Assembly (NCBI GenBank): GCA_951406725.2
Contig: OX597815.1
Span: 132,494,001 to 132,558,000, forward strand
DNA: 64,000 bases
Source: Octopus vulgaris
Taxonomy: Eukaryota
Reading direction: 5' to 3'
Positions 54,065 to 64,000 of the stretch are shown here, one piece after another. Positions within the stretch are counted from its first letter, which is position 1. The number at the start of each line of letters is the position of its first letter. The notes below the pieces were generated by a model, which was not told the DNA's origin, did not search any database, and was given only the letters and a program-made list of their open reading frames with translations. A program made the position numbers and the translations under genes.

Positions 54065-55699
54065 GTTTAGATCATGTAGCAGCTTGAAACTTAATCCGAT
54101 AAAATAACTATGTATCCTTTCCGGCTCAAATGAAGCGCAATTATCGAAATATTCGTAGCCTTATACCAAAATGTCTGCTTGATGTTTTATTAATGACTGT
54201 TTTGAAAAATCATTCTTGTTTTAAACGCAATTATATTTTCCCCCTTCAAATGGCAGCCGATTTTACACGCATTAATGTGAAAGAATATTGTTACAAACGT
54301 ATACATACCTATACGTATACACGCATATAAACAGCCGCTTATTCATTCAATCTGCAGATATTCATTTTGAGGGATACATAATGGTAGTGAGGATGTTGGA
54401 GATGTCAATCAATTTCCCGGGTGAGCAAAAAAAAAAAAACATCCTGACACTGAAAATTCCATCTGTTATACTATCTTTCGGGGCCAATTTTTGACAGAAG
54501 TGTCATAGTTATTTATCTTTCTACGGCGATGTGAAGCCCCATTTGAACTCAGAATCCTCAGATACGGAGCAGATTCCACAATTCAGCCAATGCAACCAGA
54601 GGTTATTACTTTATTTATTGGTACCGAAAGGGTGTATGTCAATGTTTTCCTAGAGGTGAGGGAAGTCAGCGTGCAATGAATCGGAACAAAGCCTTTTCTC
54701 TGATACTGTTAACAACCCAACCTCATTCTGCGTAATTAAACACACACATGCATATGTTTATGTGTGTGTGTTTACGTGCGTGTGTGTGTGTGTCACTATA
54801 ATCATACATACATATGTATGCACATGTATTTGTATATTCATCTACCTAAAATATATAGATATGTATATTCATATGTATGTATGTATTATGTAGTAATAGG
54901 TAGACAGATAGATACTGCTGTATTTTCCCGTGAGTTTGATATCGAGTCAATCTGATGAAAATTTGTTAAAATATGTATGGAAGAATACAGGCAGAGAAGA
55001 GGGAGAGAGAGGAGGGTGCATTAAAGGGGAAAATAGTGTGGGAGAGAGAGAGGGAGAGAGGGAGATAAAGCAGGTGAAATACATTAGAAGAGGGAGGATG
55101 ACTGACATTGGGAGTAGGATAAAGTTGAATAGATAATGAACGAGAGAGTTGGAGAGAAAGCCATACTAAATGTCATTATAACTTGTTTCTTTTTAGGTAT
55201 CCTACTATCGCTAATCGTTTTTTTGTTTTTTTCTTTTATTTTACTGAGAGTTTACTGCTTGCATAGGCTCTAGGTATTCGAATTAATTCGAAGATGAATA
55301 GGAAATATAAAATCATTTTAAGCCAGTTCTTTGAAGTGCATGTAATTTACAATGTCATCCGCAAGACAAATCCACTTAAAAGCCACGTAATTAGGATATG
55401 AAACCGGAATATTGCTTCAAATCTACTAAAAACCAGAAATTGCATGATTACTTACACAGACACTTGTTTTAACATATCAAGCAGTGAATGAAGGATTCTT
55501 TTTGATCAGTCATAAAGGTATTATACTTCAAAACAGAAAAAAAGTCGTTTGGAGGTTAGGCGGTCAGGAGTATTAGTGAGATAAAAGAGATTTCGAGAGA
55601 TGTGAGCGCTTATTCCAATTGCCCTTTCTATAACTGAATGTTGCCCTTCGTAAAGGACAGAATAGTTACAAAACTTAGCATATTACATTAATAATTATT

Positions 55700-56436
55700 T
55701 CAAATTTTTTAACACAAGAGTGGGTTAGAGGAGGTGGGGATGAGTCAATTACATCGACCCAGTTTTAAACTGATACTTATTTTATCGACCCCGAAAGGAT
55801 GAAAGACAGAGTCGATCTCGGCGGAATTTGAACTCAGAACGTAGCGACGAGCGAAATTCCTATTTCTTTACTACCCACAAGTGGCTAAACACAGAGGGGA
55901 CAAACAAGGACAGACAAACGGATCAAGTCGATTACATCGACCCCAGTGCGTAACTGGTATTTAATTTATCGTGTCCGAAAGAATGAAAGGCAAAGTCGCT
56001 CTCGACGGAATTTGAACTAAGAACGTAACGGCAGACGAAATAAGGCTACGCATTTCGCCCGGCGTGCTAACGTTTCTGCCAGCTCGCCGCCTTATGTTGC
56101 ATTAATAATCCTTTCTACTAAAGGCACAAGACCTGAAATTTGGTGGTAGGGGGCTAGTAAATCAGGTCGACCCCTGTACGCAGCTGGTGCTTAGTGGCCG
56201 CAGCCAGGATACGAAACAGAATTTTTACTCGGGTCATTGCACCATTCTCTCGAAAAAAAAACAAGAAAACCGTTTACACTTTACCAATATTTTATATTTA
56301 TATATTCTTTCCTACTCTAGGCATAAGGCCCGAAATTTTGGGAGAGGGGGTAGTTGATTATATCGACCACAGTACGCAACTGTTACTTAGTTTATCGACC
56401 TCGAAGGAATGAAAGGCAAAGTTGACATCGGTGGAA
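55700..56436 (-). mobile_element. Cluster of nested and tandem SINE family A copies
   Basis: Full copy at 55861-56093, plus partial copies at 55700-55860, 56108-56193 and 56305-56436. Confidence 0.85.
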
Positions 56437-57575
56437 ACATTACATTAATAATGATAACAACAAGCTTCTGGGTATGTTTATAATATTCTCAAACGCAAAG
56501 GAAGCAAAGTGGTCGGAGCCAGGAAACGAAACAGAATTTTTATTCGGGTCATTGCTGCCTTAGCAGCATTCTCTTGAAAAAAAAAACAATATTTTATATT
56601 TATATATTTCAAACACTATCTCCGATCTTTGTTACATGAGAATGTATTTATATATGCTCTCACCTTGATGTTTATTAAATACTATTGCTTATCACGCGCT
56701 CTTTTCGTCTGTCTCCTCCCCAAAATATTCCCGCTCAATTTCGCAGAATGTTTCCTCTCTACAGCTTCCCTCTCTCTGTTACACCTCTCTCTTTCTTCTT
56801 TCTCTCTCTTCTTGCTCTGTCTTCCTCCCTTTCTCTTCTACCCCTCTCACTTTCTCTTCCCCTTTCTATAATATTATTCTATCTTCTCTTATACATTCAT
56901 TTTTCTCTGACCTTTTATCATTCTTATTTCTTCTCTTCCACCTTTCTTTCTTAATCGTATTCTCCTTGCCACCACCTCTCTCTCTCTCTCTCTCTCCCCC
57001 TCTCTTACACATTAATTCTCTCACAGTTTTTTCACTTTTATTCTCCTTTTGCCTCTCTGTATCCCTTTCCATTTATTCATAGTACACTCATTCCCTAACT
57101 ATTCCTACACTTTATTCATTTCTCCAATTTCCTCTCTTACCTTCCATATTCTCTCATTTCGCATTCTCCAAAACTCTCACTCGTTTATGGTTCCCATTTT
57201 AAATTCATAATTTTTTTCTCCAATCGTATGAACGTAATTAAAACACAAAATTCCTGGGTAAATAACTGAATAATACATATGTAACATATATGCGACTGTA
57301 ATACAATAAAAGAAAGACCACAAAACAAGTTGTTAAACTTTAATGTAGTATAACGTATTGCAATCAGATTCAACAAGATTCGTGAGAATGTCATACTGAC
57401 ATAACATCAAACATCAGTTTGGTTCAACTCTTGGAGAGGTTTGTTTCAAATACAAAGGAATGAGACAGTTGGATGAATGTAGTGAGCGATACTATGTCTT
57501 TGTGACTACCTTACGAAATGACTCTTAATATATCTACTGTTTCTATCTGTCTGTCTCTCTCTCTCTCTTTCTCAT

Positions 57576-57631
<56 letters not shown>

Positions 57632-57632
<1 letters not shown>

Positions 57633-58131
57633 TACTATTAAAAAGGATGAGGCTTTTTTCTCTACAGAAAAATATCCCATCGGGAAGTGTGGCAGTATAT
57701 TAAAAGAACCTTTACGGTTAAAAATTATAAATATCTTATAAGCAAAAGCTAAAGAAGATTATTCTGAAGCCAATATACCGATATTCCACATTTAATCCGC
57801 CTACTACAGAAAATTGAACTGAAATTCGGGCAACTAACCGTTTTTTATGTTTAGATATAATTGAGTTACTTAAATGTATTTGTGTTATTCGCTTCGGCTG
57901 GTCCCATGGACGCATGTGAGTACCTTACTTATATCCTCTCGTACGCACAACTGAGGAAGATCGAATCCTTATGTGGTTAAATCCGAAATTGATTCAATAT
58001 TGAGATAACGAAACTTAAACATTCCAACGGTTAGTTGCCCGAATTTCAGTTCAATTTTCTGTAGTAGGCGGATTAAATGTGGAATATCGGTATATTGGCT
58101 TCAGAATAATCTTCTGTAGCCCTTGCTTATA

Positions 58132-58137
<6 letters not shown>
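57632..58137. mobile_element. Fold-back element with ~110-bp inverted arms and an internal HHR-like motif, flanked by (TA)n
   Basis: 57731-57842 is a near-perfect reverse complement of 58026-58137, with (TA)n on both sides. Confidence 0.75.
57948..58002 (+). ncRNA. Type I hammerhead-like motif (CUGAGGA core)
   Basis: caa-CTGAGGA-agat...aatcc-GAA-attga(t)tcaat-A-ttg. Stem II is imperfect. It sits inside the loop of a long inverted repeat. Confidence 0.6.
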
Positions 58138-58190
<53 letters not shown>

Positions 58191-58685
58191 CATATAAATA
58201 TATATATATATACATATATATACATATATATACATATATGTATATATACACGCGTATTTGTGTATAAATATTCGTATATATGTTGCTGTAAATATAATGT
58301 TAATGGTGGTGGTATGGGGCATTGGGGTGGTGGGGTGGTGGGGGTATTGGAGGTTGTGGTAGTTTTGGTTGTGGTGGTGGTGGTGGTGGTGGTGGTGGTG
58401 GTGTTGGTGGTAGTGTTAATGGGGGTGATAGTGGTGATGTTGGTGGTTCGGATAACGCTTTATTAGGAAATATTTCTTCAAATCTATAAGACAATGTCAA
58501 AACATACACAAAACCCCTTATAATCAAACTCGACTGAAGTATTATACAAATGATTAATCATCGTTTAACAATGATTTATCTTAAAGATATCGTTAATAAT
58601 AATTACAATGGCAGAATGACGATAGAAGTGCCATTAATAGTTATTGTTAGAGATAAAGCAGGAGTTATTAAATAAAGAATAAAGA

Positions 58686-58742
<57 letters not shown>

Positions 58743-58865
58743 TCATTACTATATGTACACCGCCACACTTTATTCTGTCTGTGTATTGTCCCCCTCATCT
58801 TTCGCGTCTTCGAGACAAATAAATGAAATTATTATTATTATTAATGTTGTTGTTGTCGTTGCTTC

Positions 58866-58935
<70 letters not shown>

Positions 58936-58936
<1 letters not shown>

Positions 58937-60864
58937 TTTGCTTGACTTTTGCTTTATATTTGTACAAGTTGGCTCCAAGTCTCACCCAGAGACATCAAGG
59001 GACAACAGGTTGGAAGTTCGCGTTGTTGTTATGCCTAGTGTGCCATATATTTGGGGGTTTTTTAGTGTTGTACTAGTGAATGTCTAAAACAAAAAAAAAA
59101 TTTTATACGAAAATTACGTTTGTTTTAAACCTTGAGATATGAGCAGTTCCCATGAGCACCATCTTTTGAATTTCTGCCATTTTGGGGTTTCCTGGTATCT
59201 GAGTTAGGTAGCAATCAGCCCCCTTTGCTATCATTCCCAGGGCACCTATGACTACATGTATTGTTTTAGTCTTCAGGTTCCACATTTTGCTGATTTCTAT
59301 TTCAAGATCTTTATATTTGCTCAGTTTTTGGTAGGTCTTGACAGATACGTTTAAATCGATTGGGACAGTCATATCAATGAGGAGGCATGTTCTTTGTCTG
59401 AGGTTTTTCATTATGATGTCTGGCCTATTTGCATCTATCTTTCTGTAAGTTTGAATGGTGAAGTTCCAGAGGAGTGAGATGTGGTCATTTTCAAGCACTG
59501 CAGGTGGTTTGTGTTTCCACCAGTTTTTTCATGGGGCAAATCCAGGTTTTTCCAAATTATCCAGTGAATATATTGTGCAGCTCTATAATGCCTGTTGAGA
59601 TACTCTGTAGGCGCTAGAAGACTGCACTTGGAGACATGATCAATGGTTTCATTTTGTTGTTGACATACACGACATGTTGGGCTACTGCCGTTCTTTAATA
59701 TGTTGGCCTGGTAGTTCCTTGTAGGTAGGCATTGATCTTGAGCTGCTATGATAAACCCTTCTGTTTCAAATTTTAAGCCAGAGGCCATTAGCCATTGATG
59801 GGTCAGGGCTTTGTCAACATCTGCATTATTTGCTCTCTTTGGGTATTTGCCATAGAGAGGTTTTTCTTGCCATTTATCATTCAGAATATCTAAGGCCGCA
59901 GTTTTAGCACGGGTTTTCATGGGCTTAGCTTTTTCTGTGCTTGTTTCTTGTATGTCTAATTCCGGAATTTGTTGTATTCGGAATTCACTTAGATATTCCT
60001 TTGCCTGTTTTGTTACTGAGTATGATGCTTTCTTGTTTTCATGTTTTGAGACAAGTTTTAACATCCAGTCCTCAGAGTTTTTCAGGCAGGTGTCTAGGCC
60101 AATTGTAGCAATCTTCATTGTTATTGCCAGTTGTAAAAGTCCATGGCCTCCTCTTTTCTTGGCAGATAAAGTCGTTCTGTATCTGCCTTAGAGTGGTGCA
60201 TTCTATGCATTGTCAACAGTTTTCGTATTTTTCTGTTAAGATTACATATTTCAGTAATTGACCAGTTAACGATATTAAAACTGTAAGTCACGACTGGTAT
60301 GGCTTAAGCATTGATCGCTTCGATCCTGTTACTCGCATTCAGCTCTGTCTTGAGTATTGCTCTTACTCTGCGATAACATTCTCTCCTGATCCTTTCCTTC
60401 ATCACTGAATGCCTTATTCCGTCCCCTTCAATTGCCCCTAGGTACTTGTAGCTCTCCGCTGGGTCTAATTCTTTTATGACATTCTGCTGGTCAAGGTTAA
60501 CGTTAGATGTTTCTGTCATTTTTCCTTTGATAAAGGTAGCTTTTGCACATTTATCGAGGCCAAATTGCATTCTGATGTCATCACTGAATTGTTTAGCAAT
60601 CGCAAGTAAGCCCTTGAGTTGTTGGTCATTTTTTGCAAAGAGCTTTAAATCATCCATGTAAATGAGATGATTTATATTTTTATCAAACATTTTATATCCG
60701 TACTGAGCGTCATTGAGCAATTTTGAGAGAGGTATTAAGGTTAAACAAAAGAGGAGTGGTGATAGTGAGTCACCCTGGAAAATGCCACATGAAATTTTTA
60801 CATCACCAGCATTTAGAGATTCATTGTCACTGTTCAAAGTTAGTCTGGTTCTCCATGATGTCAT
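58936..60864 (-). mobile_element. 5'-truncated R4/Dong-clade non-LTR retrotransposon (RT, CCHC, restriction-like endonuclease), disrupted, inserted in (TAA)n
   Basis: GIFQGDSLSPLLF, HLIYMDDLKLFA, FGLDKC, YKYLG; AAQDQ, CRVC..ETIDH..C..RH; ANRPDI..LIDMTVP..KLSKYKDL..VVIGALG. (TTA)n lies at both ends (58866-58935 and 60865-60890). Confidence 0.93.
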
Positions 60865-60892
60865 ACTATTATTATTATTATTATTACTATTT

Positions 60893-61173
60893 TATGTTTG
60901 ACATTTGCTTTGCATTTGTACAAGTTGGCTCCAAGTCTCAGCCAGAGACCTCAAGTAACAAGTTAGAAGGTCATGTTGGTGTTATGCTTAGGGTGCAATA
61001 TACTTGGTTTTGTACATAGTGTTGTTCTCGAGAATGTTTAAGAAAACATAAGAAATTTTGTCTGCTTTCAAATTTGAGATTACTTAGACAGTATTTTACG
61101 AGGATATTAGCAGTTCCAATGAGCACTATCTTTTTGAATTTCTGCCATTTTGGGGTTTCCTGGTATCTGAGCT
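60893..61173 (-). mobile_element. Second, severely truncated Dong-like copy (ORF tail and 3' UTR) in the same (TAA)n tract
   Basis: Similar to 58936-59205 (tttgtacaagttggctccaagtctc; tttgaatttctgccattttggggtttcctggtatctgag). Followed by (TTA)n at 61175-61240. Confidence 0.88.
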
Positions 61174-61239
<66 letters not shown>

Positions 61240-61277
61240 TTATTGATTGATTTATTGATTCAATCTTTATTACGTAG

Positions 61278-61893
61278 AAGTTGACGAGCTGGAAGTTTCG
61301 TTAATGTTTTGGAGAAAATATTGAGCGACGTTTTCCCTGGCTTTACGTTTCGACATTAAATTTTGTCAAGGTCAACATTGCCTGTTATTCTTTTGATGTC
61401 GATAAAGTAACTTCCCACTGTACTACGGAGGTCGATGTGTCAACGTTTTTGACTTCCACCTCCCCGAAATTTCCGAGCTTTGTTCCAAAATCTGAGAAAA
61501 AATATTAGTTTAGAGTAGATTGTCAGAATCGACTGAACACCACGCGGTATTTTTTCCGGTTCTGTACTTTCTGAGTTTGAATCTCACTAAGGTTAAATAT
61601 GTTTCTCCTATTTTGGAGTCAATAAAATAAATGTACGAATAAAATACCGAGGGTGAGGGGATGGTCTAACCCACAAACGTTGGGCTAGTGATCATCTCCA
61701 TCACCAGAATCGTTTAGCACGTCAGGAAAAAGCTTAGTGGTATTTCGTCCGTCTTTACATACAAATTCCTCCATGATGAACTTTGCCTTTCACCTTTCAG
61801 GGTTCATAAAATCACCCATTTGATTACTGAGATCGACGTAATCGACTAATCCCATCCTTGAAATTGCTGGCCCCGTGCCAAAATTTGAAACCA
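61278..61893 (+). mobile_element. Three degenerate tandem SINE family A copies
   Basis: Repeated gagctgg..cgtt, ctttgcctttc and tgccaaaatttgaaacc motifs. Confidence 0.65.
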
Positions 61894-62099
61894 TTATTCT
61901 GATAATCATTAATTGGCGTTTCACTCATGCTCGAGTGCATAAATTATCTGAAGAGATTCAGCTTGAATATCAGTTCAAGAAGCAATTCATATAGGCGGAG
62001 TACTCGGCCACTGTCATATTAAATCAACGGCTAGAGGTTTCAGTCGCTCGGACGATTAAATGCTTCTCGTTAATAAATAAATAAATAAAATCCGATGCT

Positions 62100-62402
62100 G
62101 TCGCGATTGTCATAATCTCTCACCATCGTCATTATTATTTTTACCATCATAATCGTCGTTTTATTCGCTTTCATCGACGTCGTCATAATCTTTTCGTCTT
62201 CATCATAATCATCATCATCATTATCATCATCTTCAACATCATCATCATCATAACCATCATAACCATCATTATCATCATCATCATCATCATCATCCTCATC
62301 ATCATCACCATCATCATCTTCATAACCATCATCATCGTCATCATCTCATCATCATCATCGTCATCATCATCATCATCATCATCACCACCATCATCATCAT
62401 TA
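62100..62402. repeat. Degenerate (CAT)n trinucleotide field
   Basis: Seen directly in the sequence. Confidence 0.92.
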
Positions 62403-62671
62403 CAGTAGAGGCAATGGCATTAGAGCGGTGATTTTGTTGCTACTTGTGTTTCCTGAAAGAATTATGAACTTTAAGTTGTGTCTTAAAGAATGCCAGCTTG
62501 CTATAACATTGGCATTTCTCTATAATAATATAAGATTTTGTAACTCATTAAAAGTAGCCGCTGAGCGTATTGCTCCTGTTTCACTTCAACGAGATAAATC
62601 ATATTTAAGCTGAACTCTAGTGGATTGTTTTGTCATTTATACTGTAACCATTTTCCTTTGTTTCTTCTCAA

Positions 62672-62886
62672 TCTTTTATTTTTTACTTGTCTCACTCATT
62701 GGACTGCGGACATGCTGGCGCATCACTATGAATGATCTTGTAAAACGAATTAACACCAATGCTTATTCTTAGGTCTGGTACTTATTCCATCGGTCCTTTT
62801 TGCCGAACCGTTGTGTGACAGAGGCAAGAGCAAATCAACATTGGTTGGCAAGTGGTGGTGGAGAAAAAGAGAACCAAAACGACAGA
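62672..62886 (-). mobile_element. SINE family B 3' half
   Basis: ttttacttgtctcactcattggactgcgg...ttttgccgaaccg. Confidence 0.75.
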
Positions 62887-62911
62887 CACTCATATCTATA
62901 TATATATATGA

Positions 62912-62965
<54 letters not shown>

Positions 62966-62971
<6 letters not shown>

Positions 62972-63273
62972 ATCACGTGACCGACCAAGCTATCAGATGT
63001 TGCTACACATCGCTGGTCACAATGCGCTTCGCATTGTTTAAGCCTTCAAATTACGCCACCCCGCTGGCTAAGCGAGCAGGCCAACAGAAGAAAGAGTGGG
63101 AGAAAGTTGTGGCGAAAGGGTACGGCAGGAATCGCCACCACCCCCTGCCGAAGTCTCGTGGAGCTTTAGGTGTTTTCGCTCAATAAACACTCACAACGCC
63201 CGGTCTGGGAATCAAAACCGCGATCCTACGACCGCGAGTCCGCTGCCCTAACCACTGGGTCATTGCGCCTCCA
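62966..63273 (-). mobile_element. tRNA-derived SINE family C, apparently young, in (TA)n
   Basis: The minus strand reads gtggaggcgcaatgacccagtggttagggcagcggactcgcggtcgtaggatcgcggttttgattccc (tRNA-like head) and ends tcacgtgatcacgtga. Confidence 0.75.
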
Positions 63274-63287
63274 CATATATATATTGC

Positions 63288-63511
63288 TCTTTTAATCTTT
63301 TTAATTGTTTCAGTCATTTGACTGCCTCCGTGCTGAAACACCACCATTAGTCGAACTAATTGATCCCAGGACTTATTCTCTGTAAGCCAAGTACTTTCTC
63401 TATCAGTCTCTTTTGCCGAACCGCTAAGTTATGGGGACGTAAACACACCAACATCGGTTGGTGGTGGTGGGAAAATACAGACACTTACATACATATATAT
63501 ATATACGCATA

Positions 63512-63552
<41 letters not shown>

Positions 63553-63714
63553 CGGGCTTCTTTCAGTTTTCGTCTACCAAATCCACTCATAAGGCATTGG
63601 TCGGCCCGAGGCTATTGTAGAAGACACTTGCCCAACGTACCACGCAGTGGGACTGAACCCGGAAAAATGTGGTAGGAAAGCAAGCTTCTTACCACACAGC
63701 CACTCCTGTGCCTA
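63288..63714 (-). mobile_element. SINE family B
   Basis: Full reverse-complement copy with internal (TA)n. Confidence 0.88.
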
Positions 63715-64000
63715 CACACACACACACAAACATAAACATGCGCGCTCACACATATATCTATCTATACATACATACGTACGTACGTACGACGGGCTTAGAA
63801 GCAGTGTCCGTCAATCAGATTCACTCACAAGGTCTTGTCGGAGCGGAATGAGCCCAAAACCACGTGGTAATCAGCTAACATTAACACTAAAATACATCTC
63901 ACGCGCTCTTATATTTTGATTATTCTGTCACAAGAATTTGAATCATATGTCTGTCTCTTCAAATCTCTACGTTCACCACTACAATCACTTCAGACATAGA

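Noticed and set aside
63200-63273. tRNA genes at SINE heads (also 8199, 19197, 49128)
   Set aside because: No complete cloverleaf or acceptor stem is evident, and each continues into a SINE body.

Overview
This is AT-rich, microsatellite-saturated eukaryotic non-coding DNA. The SINE and repeat inventory suggests a coleoid cephalopod such as Octopus, but that is an inference. I found no host protein-coding exon, rRNA, real tRNA or CRISPR array, and most ORFs in the track are microsatellite artefacts. The main element is a near full-length Penelope-like retroelement (~8750-13680). It has RT and GIY-YIG domains, two nonsense codons, one frameshift and direct pseudo-LTRs that each carry a variant hammerhead ribozyme (HHR). 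There are also several PLE fragments, a Dong/R4-type LINE in (TAA)n, a second R4-type fragment in (TACA)n, three Tc1/mariner relics, hAT and 8-bp-TSD MITEs, a non-autonomous Helitron, CR1 and RTE tails, and about 25 tRNA-derived SINE copies. The least-explained signal is a recurring set of short, mutually dissimilar fold-back elements next to (TA)n tracts. They carry minimal type I HHR-like motifs with diverse catalytic cores (CUGAUGA, CUGUUGA, UUGAAAA, CUGAGGA, CUGAUGC, CCGA). One is a ~353-bp retrozyme-like repeat unit. All coordinates were read by eye, so element boundaries are approximate.
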